NCBI RefSeq assembly: GCF_009914755.1
Contig: NC_060935.1
Direction: 5' to 3' (one strand)
Length of the DNA stretch: 64,000 nt
Source of the DNA: the human T2T-CHM13v2.0 reference genome, Homo sapiens
Each line of letters opens with the position of its first letter. The first letter of the stretch is position 1. Shown here one piece after another: positions 23,977 to 38,763 of this stretch. Position numbers and translations under genes: made by a program. The notes beneath the pieces are model-generated. The model was given only the letters and a program-made list of their open reading frames with translations. It was not told the origin of the DNA and did not search any database.

Positions 23977-26900
23977 TGTGTTTTGCTATAAATTCTTGCA
24001 ATAAGCCTGCATTTCTGATGGTAAGCATCTATCCAATTCTACGCTATTTGTGCTTCAATATATGTCCTGTGCACATCTCCTGTAAGGGACAGTCCATGTA
24101 TTACATGAACAGACCCTCCTTGGCAATAGTTGGTAAATGGTCAATCTAATTTCTGGTTAATGACCTATTGAGTAATGACCCATTGACTTGCCATTTGCCA
24201 GTGACCCACTGGCTTGCCAATCATCAATCAGGTTCTGAAGAATCTGGATGTAGTGACACAGGCCTGTAGCCAATTGATGGTAGGCTCTTTAGACTAGGAG
24301 TGATCTAGAGTCAGGATTAGGAAAGCCATCCCATTAGAGAGCTGTGTACAATATTTGTAAGCAGAGGAAGCTGATTGATCAAGAGAAGCATGAAATAGAA
24401 ATAGAATTAGAGAGCCCCTGTGGCCTTTGAGAGACTGAGATGACTAGATGCAAACCCTGCAGGGACTGGCTGTGCTTCCTTCCCTGCCCCTTTCATCTAA
24501 GGTCTTTCTGTGTCATTGTGATAACCTTCATCTCTGTGTTTTAGCCAGTCAGAGAGGAATTTGATTCTTTGCAAAGCAAACAGCTTCAAATAGAATATTC
24601 TTTTATTCCTTCACACGGAGACGGTAACTTACAAGACCCTTTAAAGCACAGATCCTCTGTTCAGCAGAAGTCTTCCAAAATGTCAGAAGACCAATGAAGA
24701 GAAGGTGGGATAGTTCCCCTGGGGTCCCCTTATATCCAGGGGCTTCAATTCCTATGCCCTGGTGGCTCTCATTTCCCACAGCTAGAACTACTGAAACTCT
24801 AAGGGCAGACCTGGCTTCTCCATCACTGATCAAGACAAGGAGTCACTTGACAATTTTCTCAGGGTTGAGTCACTGAAGAAAAACAACAACAACAACAAAA
24901 CCCAAAAAACCACTCTCACATTCCTACACTCACCATGTTATCTCAGCCCAAAAGTCCAGACTTCTGCCTCACTCTCCCTGTGCTCAACTCTAGGTCAACC
25001 AGAACCATCTTCCTGGAGTGCCTTCTGCTGTCTGGACTCCCATTGCTGCAGCCCACCAGGTTCTAGCATCTTTCTAGCCATGCCTGGGCTTACCATGGCC
25101 TCTGGACATTGTGACTTGCACCTCTCAACCTCCTGGCAGGCTCCTCACTATCATGCCCCTGTTCTGCCAGGATGGGGGCTTCCTCTTGTTCCCCACCAGT
25201 AGCTATGAGTGTGAACTCCACTGCCTCACTCTCTTTGTAGTCCCTACCTGCCTGAGGATGACCCTTCAGAAAACACCTGTGAATGGACTAACGAACTGAT
25301 TTTTGTTTAGCAGCATGCGTTTGTGCAGTGAAGTATTAATGGGGTCTGTGCTGCCTCCAGTGCCTTAGTTATCAGGGAAAAATTGAAGAAGACCTGAAAC
25401 TGCTGAGGATTCAGCTGGCGATTTAATTTTCCCTAATTTTTCTACCTCTGGGGAAACAGGCAAATTAATGAGAAGCCACACCTCTCAACTTGGCTGCAAC
25501 ATATGAGCGGTTGTCCAGGGAATGCAGGTGTATGAGCTCAGCCACTGTGTCTTGTGGTACAGGGTCACTGAGGGTCCTGGGGCAGTTGTTCCCATTCTCC
25601 CTGCAGCTGGGCCCCAGGATCCAGGGCACATGGAGGGGAAACCCCTCCTGCATTCCTGGGGTGAGAGAGTCTGCCCGTTAGATCACCCCGCCAGCTTCAG
25701 TGTTTTTATTTCTTTCCCTCTTGTTGCTGCTTCTCCTATGGAACTGATGTTGCTTCTCCATAACTACTGGGGGTGCCAGACAAGACCTGGGTGTGGAGAG
25801 AAGATCCCAAGGGACAATATGTTGGATTCCTGAGCCCAGCACATAGCACCAAGAGCTCTGCAGTTGGCCCTGCAGGCTGACAGCTCTAAGTCCCAGCTCC
25901 AGTCCTGCTGGTGAGGAGACCCGAGCAAGTCACTTATTCTTTCTGGCCCTCAGCTGATTGCTCTAGGTCCTGTGAGCTCTCAGGGTGCTTGCAGCCCTAA
26001 TAATCTGTATTTTATTTGTTTTTCAAAGCATTGTGTAGCCTTCTGCGTTAAAGAGACTTGCAACTTCTATGGATTTTGCCACCAGACTTTCTGGTGAGGA
26101 AAATGTTTTGGAGAGAAGCCACATCTTTTCCTTCTGTTCTGAGGATGTTAACAAAGCAAGTCTTAAACATCATTACAAAGAGGCTTCCTTCCAGTTTCCT
26201 TCAGGGTCCTTCCTCCTTGGATTTGGAAAGAGTTTTATCCTCCCTTCGTCTCTCCTCCTGTCTTCTGGTATTCCCTCTGTCCCCCTCTTGGCAGCAGCGC
26301 CACATGCATCAGAGGGTGGGTGTTTCCTGCTTGTCCGTCAGCTTGGCCATGTGGCCCACATGTGGTATTGCAGGACATTCGACTCATTAAAAAGTCTTCA
26401 TAAAGTTCCTGGACTCTTGATCTGGGAGGGAACAGGTTTCAGCCCTAGGCAGGCTGCTGGCTCCAACAGCTTCTCCTACCAGGTAACTGCTTCTGATTTC
26501 TCCAAGCAAAAATATAGAGCTATCCCCAAGGATCCCCCAACCCGTTAATACATTATTTTAGTGCTTCCCAAACTGGAGTTCAGAAAAAACTGTTCTTGTC
26601 TGGAGGATGTTAGCTGATATGCCAAAACATAAAATCTTCCACTTAAATCTATTCTTTTTTATTTAACCATGAAACAAAGTTAGTCATACATTTCTGCTCC
26701 AGAATTTCTCAGAACCTTTAAAATAACTCATTAGTGTGTCCTGGGAGTCTTCTGAAATGGGGATTAGTCTGTTGCACTTGCCAAGTTTATTTGGTCTTGG
26801 GACACTTTGTTTCTAGAGCTCTGATTAACATCTCCCTCAAATAGTGTTTAGTGAAACACATTTAGGAAAATGTTTTTCCATTATAAGATTTATCACACTG

Positions 26901-27562
26901 TATTGCAATGATTTATTCACATGTCTGCCTTCCTCACCAGGCTGCTATTTCCTAAAGGGCAAGAAATGTATTTTACTCATCTCTTTGTCTCTAGCACCTA
27001 GCACAGTGCTTTGTAGAGTTGGTCCCCTATGGAGCTCTTGCCAGGGTCACCAACAGCCCGGTCTCTGTTCTCGTCTTACACAAATTCCCAGCAGCGATGC
27101 ACTGAGTTTGGCACTCCTTCCTAACCCTTTTCTCTTGGCTCCAGTGACACCACACTCTCCTGGTACTCTTCCACAACACTCAGGACTCCTTTGCAGTCCT
27201 TCTATTGAATCCTTCTCCCTCATCTGTTATGGAAATATCGAAGTGCCCAGGGCTCTATTTTTGGACAGTTCTGATGCTATGGCTACACTCTTTCCCCAGA
27301 TGACCTCAAGCAGATCCATGGCATAAGAGACTTTCTATAGGCTGGTGATTATCATGCTTATGTTTCTAGACATGGCCTTTGAGTCGGACTCTTGTCTCAC
27401 TACCTATTTGATATCTTCTCCTAGATGTTAATGTTTAACAAATCCACAACAAAGCTTTTGATTTACCCAGCAAACCTGTTCATCCTCCAGTCCTTCCTAC
27501 ATTAGTAAATAGCATTATCATCCACCCAGGGGCTTGCTTGTATCTAAACTCTAAAACACATT

Positions 27563-27979
27563 TGTCTTATTCTGTTTAGTATTGCTCTAAAGGAACACCT
27601 GAGGCTGGATAATTTGTGAAGAAAAAAGGTTTCTTTGGCTCATGGCTCTGCAGGCTGTACAGGAAGCATGGTGCCAGCATCTGCTTCTGGTGAGGGCTTC
27701 AGGCTGCTTCCACTCGTGATGGAAGGTAAGTGGAGCCAGCCTGTGCAGAGATCACATGGTGAAAGAGGAAGTAAGAGAGCGAGCCAGTGCCAGGCTGTTT
27801 TTAACATCCAGCTTTCATGGGAACTAATAGAGGACTCATTCATTACTGCCAGGACAGCACCAAGCTATTCATGAGGGATCTGCCCCCAAGACTCACATAC
27901 CACCCATTAGGCCCCACCTCCAACATTGGGGATTCAATTTCAATGTGAGGTTTAGGGGACAAGCATCCAAGCTATAGCA
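27563..27979 (-). mobile_element. MaLR LTR, MSTB-like
   Basis: tggctcatggctctgcaggctgtacaggaagcatggtgccagcatctgcttctggtgaggg...caagcatccaagctatagca. Confidence 0.88.
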
Positions 27980-29289
27980 TCCTCCCAATTCTTTATCTTC
28001 CCTTTCAATGCACTGGCACATTCCACTAGTACTATTTCTGTGATCACTGAGATTATTGTTTGCCAGATACTCACCCTCTTCCCCATCTCTCTGCAGAACA
28101 TACTTTCCCACCCAATTGATTGTGAACCTGTTTAGGTGACTTGCTTTGGCCACTGGGATGTTAGCAGATGTGTCCAGAGCTGAATGTGTTTGGGAAGTGT
28201 GGTTTGGCATTGCATCCTGTGTCAGTTATCAACATATTACCTCTCGGCTACAATTCACCCTTTGTTGCTCCATCTGTGGAAATATCTAAAGGCCCTTTAT
28301 GTCTTTTTCCTTTGCCAGCTGGGATAGTGTTCAACTTTGTTGTTGAGGGCCCTGGATGTGCTCCATCCCCTCTGCACACCTGCCCACCAGCCTGGGATGT
28401 CCTGCTCCCCAGAGGGTGGTTCTACGTGCCTGAGGGCCATGGAACAGCTCTGGGTTAGGAACCCAAGAGAACTTCTCGGCCATCGTATTTCTCTTGGACT
28501 ATTCTGATAGCCTGTGAACTGGTCTCCTTTCTTCCATTCTTGCTACCCTGCAATAAATCCTGATCCCAACTGGTTAGTGATGTTTCAGTCATCATACATA
28601 AAGTTTTCATATATATCACGTTCTGATTCAGACTAATTTAGCTATTCTAGCATATTGATTCGTCTATTTGATTTTAGGTCCTTAACACAATATTTTCATT
28701 ATGATATCTTTATAAAATATTTTTGTATCTGGTCCTCCTCACTGCTCTTCAACACACTTTTTCAGTGATTCTTTCCAGATGAATTTTAGAATCATTTTGT
28801 CATGTTCCCCAGATAACTCCAATATTATAAGTTCATTTGGGAAAATTAACATCTTTATGTTATTGAGTTTCTCCATATAAGGTATTGACACATTTATATT
28901 TAGTTAACTTCTTTTATATCCTCAATGAAACATTGTGATTTTCATTATCTAGGCCTTGCACTTTCTCTTTCTCTTCTAGGCATTTAAGTCTTTGCTGTTA
29001 CTGTGTGTGGGATTCTTTTCTCTTATATTCTTTAAATAATTACTGTTAGTATATTAAAAAGTTATTGATTTTTGCATGTTTACTCTGTAATGAATCACCT
29101 TATTGAATTCTTATTAATTCTATGTGTGTTCAATAGATTCTCTTGAGTTTCTTGGATACAAAACCATATTGACTATAAATAATGATAGTTTTTCTCTTCC
29201 TTTCCAATAACTATACAACTTACTTATGTTTTGTATCTCATTATGTCAACCAGAACTTCTATAATGATGTTAAATAATAATAGTGTTCC

Positions 29290-30513
29290 AGAAAATTTTT
29301 ACATTCCCATGCAAAAAAAAATGAACATTGACACTTTTCTCATTCTATGTAAGCAAATTAAAATGAATCATAGACTAAATGTGGGAGCTAAAACTATAAA
29401 GCTTTTATAAGAAAGTGTAAGATAAAAAAATCTTTGTGTCCTTGGGTTAGGTAACATGTTTTGTAGATATGACACAAAAAGCATAAATCATGAAAGAATG
29501 ATAAATCGAATGAAATTGAAACATTGATATATTGAATTTTATCAAAATGGAAACTTTGGCTTTTTGAAAGACACTTTTAAGAAAATGAAAAGACAAGCCA
29601 CAGACTGGAAGAAACTATTTTCAAAACACAAATTTGACAAAGAACTTGTATTCAGGATATATAAGGAATCCTTACAACACAGTAAAAGGAAGACAAACAG
29701 CCAAATAAATAAATAAGTGAACAGTTTAAACATATACTTCACCAAAAAAAAAAAGATGTATTGGTGGGAAGTAGACACATGAGAAGATGCTCAAAATCAT
29801 CAATCATTAGAAAAATAAAAATTAATGTCAAACCAAGATATCACTGTACATCCACTAGATGGTTAAAATTTAAAAACTGATAATAGCAAGTGCTGATGAG
29901 GATTCAGAACAACTGTAACTCACATGAAGTGTTGGTGGGAATGCAAAACAGCACAGCCACTTTAGAAAACAATTTGATAGTTTTTTATAAAGTTAAACGT
30001 TTATTTAATATGACCCAGCATTCCTACTTTTAGATATTTACCCAAGAAAAAAATTTGTATACACAAATGTTTATAGCAGATTTATTGATAATAATCCCAA
30101 ACTGAAAGCAATACAAATATTCATCAATCATGGAATAGATAAACAAATTTTGGAATATTTATACAATGAAATATCATTCATGCAACAACATGGATGAATC
30201 TCAAAAAACAGTTTGCTGAGTGAAAGAAGCAGGACTCAGAAGGCTACCATCTGACTTTATTTATATGGCATTCTGGAGGAGGCCAAATTATAGAGATAGA
30301 AATCAGATCAGTGGTTTCCAGAGCTGGGGTGGAAGAGGACATTAACTATAAAGGAACTTGCGAGAAATTTTTGGGGTGATGGATGCTCTGTGTATTGAAT
30401 ATCATGGTGCTTCAACGATGGCATTTATTTGCTGAAATTATCAAATTACAGTTTAAGTGAATACATTTTATTGTGTGCAAATTGTACCTCAGTAAACCTG
30501 ACTTTTAAAAAAG
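29290..30513 (+). mobile_element. L1MC/MD-like 3' portion
   Basis: gaaaatgaaaagacaagccacagactgg...atgacccagcattcctactttt...tgcaaattgtacctcagtaaacctgacttttaaaa. Confidence 0.8.
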
Positions 30514-30638
30514 AAATATGCAGTCAACAAAAATTCTTGTTTTGTTCTTTGTTTTAATAGGAATGACATTATGTATTACTTCTGGCCACAGGTTTTAAAA
30601 AATAAGATGTTCTTTATTATGTTAAAGAAATAACCTTC

Positions 30639-31200
30639 TGTGTCTTTAAGATTTCTTAGTTGCCTGCAACAGAAACTGATTCTGGCTGATTTAAGCAAAA
30701 AAGAAATTTGTTGGCAGGATTCTGGATGGTTTAGAGAATCACCAGGAAGTCAGGAACAAAGAGTTCCTGGGCAGCTGGCACCACAGTGCAGATCATGACA
30801 TGGAACACAGAGGAATGGCTGCTGCCATCTTTGACCATGGGATGCCACATCTCGAAACACCAACTCTGCTGGTCCCCAGAGCCCAGATACAGCTACTTGT
30901 GCTTCTATCACCGTGTCCCTGGAAACAGATGTTGCTGCTATTACTGGAACTGCCATAAAAGATTCTCTGCTGCCTGGCTTTTTTGCTCCCCAATCTGAGC
31001 TTATGATAAATGCCTCACTGTTGCTGCAAGGAGGGGGCCAATACCCAGGACAGTAAGCACTTGGCCTTTCTTCCATTTCTACAGTGAAAGATGGCTCTGC
31101 CTCCCACCCAAACTCAGAAAGCGGGGAATTTCCCAAACATTGGAAAACCTTCAGATGTGGAGTGCCCTCCCACTAAAAACATTCCCATCACTGTCCACTT
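30639..31200. mobile_element. Old MaLR LTR (late MLT1 group)
   Basis: gttgcctgcaacagaaactgattctggctgatttaagcaaaaaagaaattt. Confidence 0.5.
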
Positions 31201-34200
31201 GCATCATTTAGTCCTAGCATTTTAAAGAAGGTCCCCTTTAGGAACTGATTTTGAATCTTCATAAATGATTTTCCTGCTCCTCTTGAGATAATCATATGGT
31301 TTCTCTTATTTGACCCATTGATATGTTCTATAAACAGATTTACTAATATTAAAACAGCTTTGCATTCTTCGGTAAACCCTATTTGGCTGTGGTAAATTAT
31401 TCTTTTAATATACTGTTGAATTCAATTTCCTGGCGTTTTGTCTAGAATTTGCACATTTATATTTATGAGTGAGGTTGGTCTAGTTTTATTTCATGCCGTC
31501 TCTTTGCCAGCCTCAGTGACATTCCGGGCCCTTCCTCCCAGGGATTTTGTGCCCCCCTGGTTGGGATTTGAGCCCTAAACTATTTTTCATAAACCACAGG
31601 CTTTACAGCAGCCCACGTGGCTCATCGAGTGTGAGGAAATTATAGGAACGGACACAGATATGGTGAGAAACTCTAGATGCCCGAGGCATCCCTTAAATCA
31701 TTCTGGACATTTACTGAGGGCCTACCGTATGCCAGCTGCTGAAATATTTAACCTGAAGCTTAAATAAGCTTCTCTATTGGTAGAATTCAGATGAATCATG
31801 AGAATCATCTGAAAATAGAGACTGCGAGAGGAGACGGGAAAGGCCATCTCATCTACCTGTGTCTTAAGGTTGGGGGCGGGGGTGGGGGTGGGAAACTGAT
31901 GTCCAGAGAAGGGAAAAGACCTGTACCCGGAATATGATCCAGGTGTCCCTGACTCTGTCCCTTGCTCTTTCATAGACAGGACAGCCAAAAACAAACAAAC
32001 AAATGAACAAACAGAAAAGTTCCAGACTCTGGTGAAACACATGTTTCAGGCCCCTCAGCAAGAGTGGACAAGACAAACATCTTTACAAGGTTTGTATTTG
32101 TATGCTGTATGGTTAGATGCCAGGCCCCTTTCAAGATCCTCTGGCCTCAGGAAATTCTACAGACTTCTGCCAGCCTACACATCCTACATTAGTCCTGTCC
32201 AAAGATAAGACAGCATCAAATATAGCCTGAAACTTAAGCCAAGGCTTCTGGAGCCTGGCTGCAGACTACACGTATTAACTGTGTGATCTCAGATTGTAAA
32301 GTCTCAGTTTCTCATCTATAAAATGGGATAATAGGAGTGCTTAAAGTTAAACTAGTTCTAGGCTCAGATAAGCACTCATTTGTAAAGAACCTGCTCTGTG
32401 CCACGCCTGTGCCTGATAGTGAGACTACAGAGATAACAATGGTTCAAAATGATATGTTTTATTGTAGTGTATCTATATCTGCTCCAAATACATGACTTTT
32501 TGCTCATAGGAATGGCATCTTGAAAAAGTCCTATCTTTTATTTTTCTCTCGAGGCTGTATTTAATAGAACAAAAGGTCTTTGGATAATTATTGAGAAATT
32601 GCCTCACCACCCTCTCCAGGCTCTGATTTTCAGGTGGGTGTTTCTGGTGATTTCCCAGCTGGGCTCCCCTCTCCAGTGCAGCCCATAGTCCCAGGGGGAT
32701 CTCCTTCAGCTGGAGTCCAGTGCAGCAGTCTCAGGCTGGTCAATGTGAATCCCCTTTCCACATCAGGGAGGAATCTCCTCACCTGTGGGTGTTCCCCAGG
32801 CCATGCCTGGAGGCACAGCTGTGCTTTCTGACCTGTGTGGCTATTATCTTGTTCCGCAGTTCGGTGTCTGCAAAACTTTCCCTTGCAGGTGGTGTGGTGT
32901 CCACGTCCACACCCACAACTCCAGCATCCCCATGGTCTCCATCTTGTTACTCTCCAGAACACGTAACAGACCAGGGACAAATACTGTTCCATACAGAAAT
33001 CTGCAGACAGCTCTGACTTTGTAATAGCCCTGGCCAGGGGAAGAGTGGGCCCAGGGTAAAGAGGAGGCCCTGATGCACAGCAGGAGAGGTTCTCTGGAAT
33101 GAGTGGGCAGAGCTTTGCTTTCACCTTGACTGTCACCAACTCACTAAGTGACCTTGACTGAGTCTGTTTCCCTCTCTGGGTCTTGATTTCCTCATTTTGC
33201 CAATGAAAACCCTTCCTAGAGCATCAATTTTCCTTGGCTGTTTGGCTTTAAAATACTGTAAGTGAAGACAGAGGTCTTTGGGAAGGTTAAAGCTGTCATG
33301 ATCATCGCAGTCTTACTGGTTGAGGTTTTGTTGAATTGACATCCAATATGAGAAGATGCCTTAGTCAGCAATCATTTGGTTCCCAAGAATAGAAACCATC
33401 TAAACTCCCCTTAAGTGAAGAGATGGAGGGGAATTTCCAGACACCCAATTGTAGAAGAATTACAACTGGGCTTCACAGAGACTGAAGGTCATTGGGTGAC
33501 TTCTTTCTCTTTGTCTGGTGCCATGTGCCTGCCTCTGCTCCAGTCTTCTCTTGGTAGACCTGTTCCTTCTCTAGGGCCTGTAGTTAACCTCCCCAAACTC
33601 AGCTACTGTGAGGTTCTGCCTGGTATGGGCACCAGTCTGGCCCTGGATTCTCTTAACCTATAGCTATGATACTCAACACCATAGAACTGTCTCTGTGAGT
33701 GAAGAACCAGCTTGGGTGAGGTGTCCACCCTTAGTCTGATCACGTGTGTGTGCTGAGTAGGATCCCATGTTACTGAGAACTGAGATCATTGTGGTGGGTC
33801 CTGGGGAGAAGGTTCTCTGAGGGGTAGCCTAGTACTCTGTGATGGAGCTAAGTCATCTGTTTCAATGTTTCATTTTACAAAGAAGTAAAATGAATAATGG
33901 AGTTGAAATGACCAGTAAAGGTCACACAGAGAATTAATGGCAATGCTGTGACTTGAATTCAGTCCTCCCAGTGTATAACAGAGGCATCACTGCAGCCCTT
34001 CTCTGGTTCAGATGCAGAGGAGTATTGATGCTTGGTGGATGTGCTCTGTAGTGGAGACGTGGAAATCAAAACAGCATAACTCTGTAGCCAGGCTGGATGT
34101 GCCAGGTATGTCTTCTAAAGGCCGGGAGTTACTGTAGGTGGGCAAGGGCTGCCTGCCATGAGTGGAACACTGATGCAATTCTGGGGTCCCACTCTGAAGC

Positions 34201-36164
34201 CTGCAGGCTAGGTGAGGAGACACCAGATGGATTTGCACAGCAATCTGGGGGACATTCCTGGGGCTGATTTAATGCCTCTCCCAGGGCTCACTAGAACTGG
34301 GCAGACCATTCCTACTGTGTTTATCAGCCACAAGGAGGCCTCCCCAGGACACATCTCGGATGTCTTCTGTTGCCTCCCAACTTTCCACCTCCATATATGG
34401 TGACAGAAAGCATGTGCCATACCCTGTATCCACACCCTCCCAACTGCACCAGAAAAGGGAATGTTTATTTTTAGAAACGGGGCAGGCTCTGGGGATGTAC
34501 CGGAGAGCAAACAGGCAGTGTTTCTGCCCTGAAGGGGCTTATGGCCTAGAGCAGAGGGCAGACAGAACCACACTATGCTATGTGCTGTGAAAGAAAGGGG
34601 CAGGAAGCTATGAGCACACCTGGGGGATCCCTGACCTGGCTCAGGGAGGGCCTACCAGGATGACCTCCCTGAGGAAGTGCTTGGGCTGAGAACTGAAGGA
34701 TGGGTTATTACAATAACTAATATTTTTGAGCACACACTAAGTGCTCTGTGAATGCTGAATTATTTATTCCTCTAGCTAAAGGTTCTGTTATTGCCTCCAT
34801 TTCACAGATGAGGAGACTGAGATACAGTTAGCTTTTGCCAATTGTCTAAGACTACACAGTTAAAAAAAAAAAAAGAGGAGGGTACTATACAGCTGGAGAC
34901 TCAAAGCCTGTCAGTCTGACTGCAGAGTCTGTATTAGTAACCACTAAACCGCAGCAGCTGTTAAGTAGGCAAGGGTGTGAAAATGACAGAAGGGAGGCTC
35001 AGAGAAGGCACTGAGAGAAGGCTAGACTGGTGGAACCCAGCAAGTGAGGTGCAGCCAGGGGCAATACAAGGCCTGGGGCCTTGCAGGGCCTTGAAGAGCC
35101 TTGTAGGGGCTTGTGGACCACATTAAAATTTGAGTTTTTATTCTGACTGAAATAGGTAGGAAGACACAGAAGGAATTTAAGGACAGGAAATACATAATGA
35201 GAATTGTATTTTTAAAAGACTATTCTGTTCTATTTGTGGAATGGTGAACAGATTGGAAGGGGGTAGGAGAAGATGCCAGCAGACAAATTTAGAGGCCACT
35301 ACAGGGGCCCAGAGAAGGGGCAATGGCAGTTTGAGGGTGGGGAGGCAGCAGTGGAGAAGGAGAGAAGTGGGAGGGAGAACTGGTGAGTTCTTTAAGAGGG
35401 TGGATTGACAGTCTTTTGTATTATGGGGGCTGCAGGAGAGGGAGGTGCTGAGAAGACTCCTTGGATTCTGAGTTGTACATCCAGATGGAGACTGGTGCCA
35501 TTCACTGACATAGAAGGCACTCGAAGGATGGACTTATTTTCTGTACTTGTCCACACTTTTATGTATGTGTGACTCTCAAATTCTAAGGATAATTTTAATT
35601 TGAGGATGTTTAAGAATAGTAATGTGTAAGAGGTGGTTTGATGGCTCTGGGAAATGAGAAAACGGCAACCTGGTATTTTCTGTCACTTATGGATCTGCAC
35701 TGTTACTAAAAAACATGACTTAGCGGGTGGAGCTGGACACACATCACCCCCAAGTGGACCACAGGGAATGAGGTTCTTAGGCAGCCTTTCTGAAGGCGAG
35801 GCCTCCGCCCTGGCTTTCCAAGCTCACTTGGCAGGACATTCAGAAAATTTATACTACTTGCTAGAATTCCACATTCCCCAAACCCAGGTTCTCTGAGGGA
35901 GGCCTAAGTATGGAGGAACATCCATGTAATCATATGTAGCAGGCATGAAGCAGGGGAACAGAAAAGTACCAGGGAAGCTGTGAAAAGTTTCTACTCCAGC
36001 CTTTGTAACTGGGAAAAAGTTTAGAAACAGAGGACTAGGAAAAAGCCACCAAATAAATGAACTTCGAGTAACAGGGAGAATCATTCACCTCCTACCCACC
36101 TAAAAACCCCTCTTCCAGCATAGAATATCCACACTCATCACAGGCAGGTTGAAGCAGACTATAC

Positions 36165-36510
36165 TGGATACTGTCATATATGTCCAGATCCCCCCTTTGG
36201 GAATGAGGCACTCATTCCTCCAGCAGCTGGTAGTAGTGGCTGCTGACAGCTCACAGCTGAGGCCCCTTTGGAAATTGCCCTCTATCTCCCAAGATCATGC
36301 ACTCTTCCCCGAGGCAGACTTGCCTTCATTACAGACAACCCTGAAAGCCATCCCAGCTCCATACAGAATCCTGTTGCAACTGCCTCTCAGCTCACCTTCT
36401 CCCTCTGCCCCGCCCCTGGCTTCCTTCACTCCCAAGAACACACCCCAGTAAATCTCCTGCATGTACATCTCCATCTCATAGTCTGTTTCCTGGGACATTT
36501 GACCTAAGAC
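36165..36510 (+). mobile_element. ERVL LTR, LTR16-like
   Basis: Ends cagtaaatctcctgcatgtacatctccatctcatagtctgtttcctgggacatttgacctaagaca. Confidence 0.7.
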
Positions 36511-36512
36511 AC

Positions 36513-37070
36513 TGTGCTGGCTTTGTAACATGTCAGTTTGGCTTGCTGACATGCAAGGATTCCCTTTACATGTGTTTCTGGTTAAGGTGGGTGAACTAGG
36601 AGATCCTCTAAGGATTTTTTGGGGGCAAAAGGGAGGCAGTAGCCATCATGTAGCACATGTACACTGTTGTTAACCTGCTGACTCACCTCCTTGGTGAAGC
36701 AATAGCTGGGCCAGGTGTGAGTGTTTAGTTCAGGGTTGAGGGTCTGGTCTATGTAGGAGTTCTTCACCAAGGTCAGAGGCAACAAGAATAGTAGGTTCCA
36801 GCCTGTCCTTGTGAGGTCCCAGCTTGTGCCTGTGGGGTTCCAGCCTGTTCATAATCCTCCCTTCCTGATGCCTGCCTTGTGGTCTTTAAGCTCCACCATC
36901 AGACACAGAGACAGCCTTACATGGACTATTTAACCAGCTCGCACAATGCATAGGTCAATTACCTGTAAAAGGTCCCTTAATCTATCTCTCTCTCTCTCTC
37001 ACTACCCCTCCCCCCTTTCTCTATCTCTCCTACTAGTTCAGCTTCTCTGGTCCAGCTCTGACTGATATAG
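36513..37070 (+). mobile_element. ERVL LTR, MLT2E/F-like
   Basis: tgtgctggctttgtaacatgtcagtttggct...(CT)n...ctactagttcagcttctctggtccagctctgactgatata. Confidence 0.6.
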
Positions 37071-38272
37071 ACACATTCTAATCAAGGAAAAGCTAAAATT
37101 CCTGCACAAACTAGTGTAGTAGCTAATAGGGTCAGGTTTAGTGAGAACAACGGGAGCTTAGCTGACAAAGTCTGCTCTTTGAAGAAAGAAATATGAGCAG
37201 TAAGTATGACCACCCTGGTGCCAGGATGTGGAAGACCAGGTTATCCCGGCCCAGAAAGGAAGGTGAAACAAATGGGACGGCATCAAACAACGGAGCTGGA
37301 CAATATTAGATGAGACCCTGCCCAGCCACTCCTGATTTAAGGCTGCACCAGTGTCTAATATGGAGGGGCTGGTGGTTAAATCCTTACCTCTCATCTGCCG
37401 CAGTGTTAACACTGAACTCTGGATATATAAGCATATATAAAATAATATACAAGTTCATTCCATAGTTTGCCTCAGTTCTCAGCGCCTCCTTTTGTGTTCC
37501 ACCAAAGGCCCTGAGTTTAACTGTCCCTCCCACCCCCCAGCTAACTGGGGCACTGCCCAGGTGCAGTCGATCAGGGGAGCCTCCTACTGCACAGATTCAG
37601 GTATGAGCTGAGGCTTTTCCTGAGGGCTTTTTGCCTTTTCAAGAGCATCTGTTTTCTAGTCATGCTTGCCCCTCTTCTTTCAGGAAATAGTTACTGTACT
37701 TTTTAGCTTTTGAGCATGACTGAATGCTGCCCCTCAGGGTTTCCTGGGTTGGGAGTGATTTTCCCAACATGGAAGGATGAGGGATAATCTAGGCATAAGG
37801 AGGGGAAGCAGAAACAGAAGGTTTCCAGCTGAGTAATGAGAGAGGGAAAAAGAATAATAGCCTCAAAGGAGAATGGGAGGAAGAGAGTTTATTAGCCACT
37901 ATTTGAAAACACAGTGGTCCCAGAGCAGAATTCTTAATAGAGTCAATGGTTTTTACACATATTTTACCTGCAAAGCTGGAAAAAGCATGTGAGAAAGGAA
38001 TACAGAAACTCCTGAGGACAGCTTAACTTTCGATTCTGCTCTCCTTAGAAGATCCAGTCTCTCGCTCTTTAGCCCTTAGGGCCTTATCCAGGGATTCCTT
38101 GCCTCCTTCTTCACAAACCGTCCCTCCCTCAGAGGATCAGACTAAGTATAGTGGAGCCAGTTCTCTTGGGAAGGCTGTGCTGCTTGAAGGCTGCTCAGGA
38201 ATGCTTCTGAAAGGGCTGAGAAATCCTTTCTTTTTCTGTCCAGCTCCCCCAACTATTAGCATATCTGCCCAC

Positions 38273-38763
38273 TTTGGTAGGCTACAAAAGTACCCACCTC
38301 TCCCAAAAGATATTCACCTCCTAATCCCTGGAACCCATGATTATTACTTTATGTGGCCAAAAAGGGCCTTTGTAGATGTGATGGAGAATCTTGACGTGGA
38401 GAGATCATGTGGATTATCCAGGTGGGCCCTGAGAGCAATCACATGATCCTTATTAGAAGGGGCAGGGGGAGATTTGACACTCAAATACAGAAGGCCACAG
38501 GAAGATGGTGCAGAGAGAGACACAAAGATGTAAACTTTGAAGATGGGAGTGATATGGCCACAAGCCAAGGAATGCCAGCAGCCGTTAGAAGCTGGAAGAG
38601 GAGACTCCAGGGGAGAGCAAGACCCTGCCAATACCTTAATTTCAGGGCCAGTGATATTGATTTCAGACTTCTGGGCTCTGAAACTGTGAAAGAATACATT
38701 TCTCTTGTCTTAAGACACCAAGTTTATGGCTTCTTTGTCACCCAGCCCCAACGACCTAATGTA
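38273..38763 (+). mobile_element. MaLR LTR, MLT1C/D-like
   Basis: cccaaaagatattcacctcctaatccctggaacc...gccacaagccaaggaatgccagcagc...ctctgaaactgtgaaagaatacattt. Confidence 0.85.

Larger units (their letters stand above)
28620..31500 (-). mobile_element. Very old L1M(E) fragments (28620-29290, ~30520-30640, 31210-31500) hosting younger inserts
   Basis: gatgaattttagaatcattttgtc; ttgagataatcatatggtttctc; ttgcattcttcggtaaaccctatttgg. Confidence 0.6.
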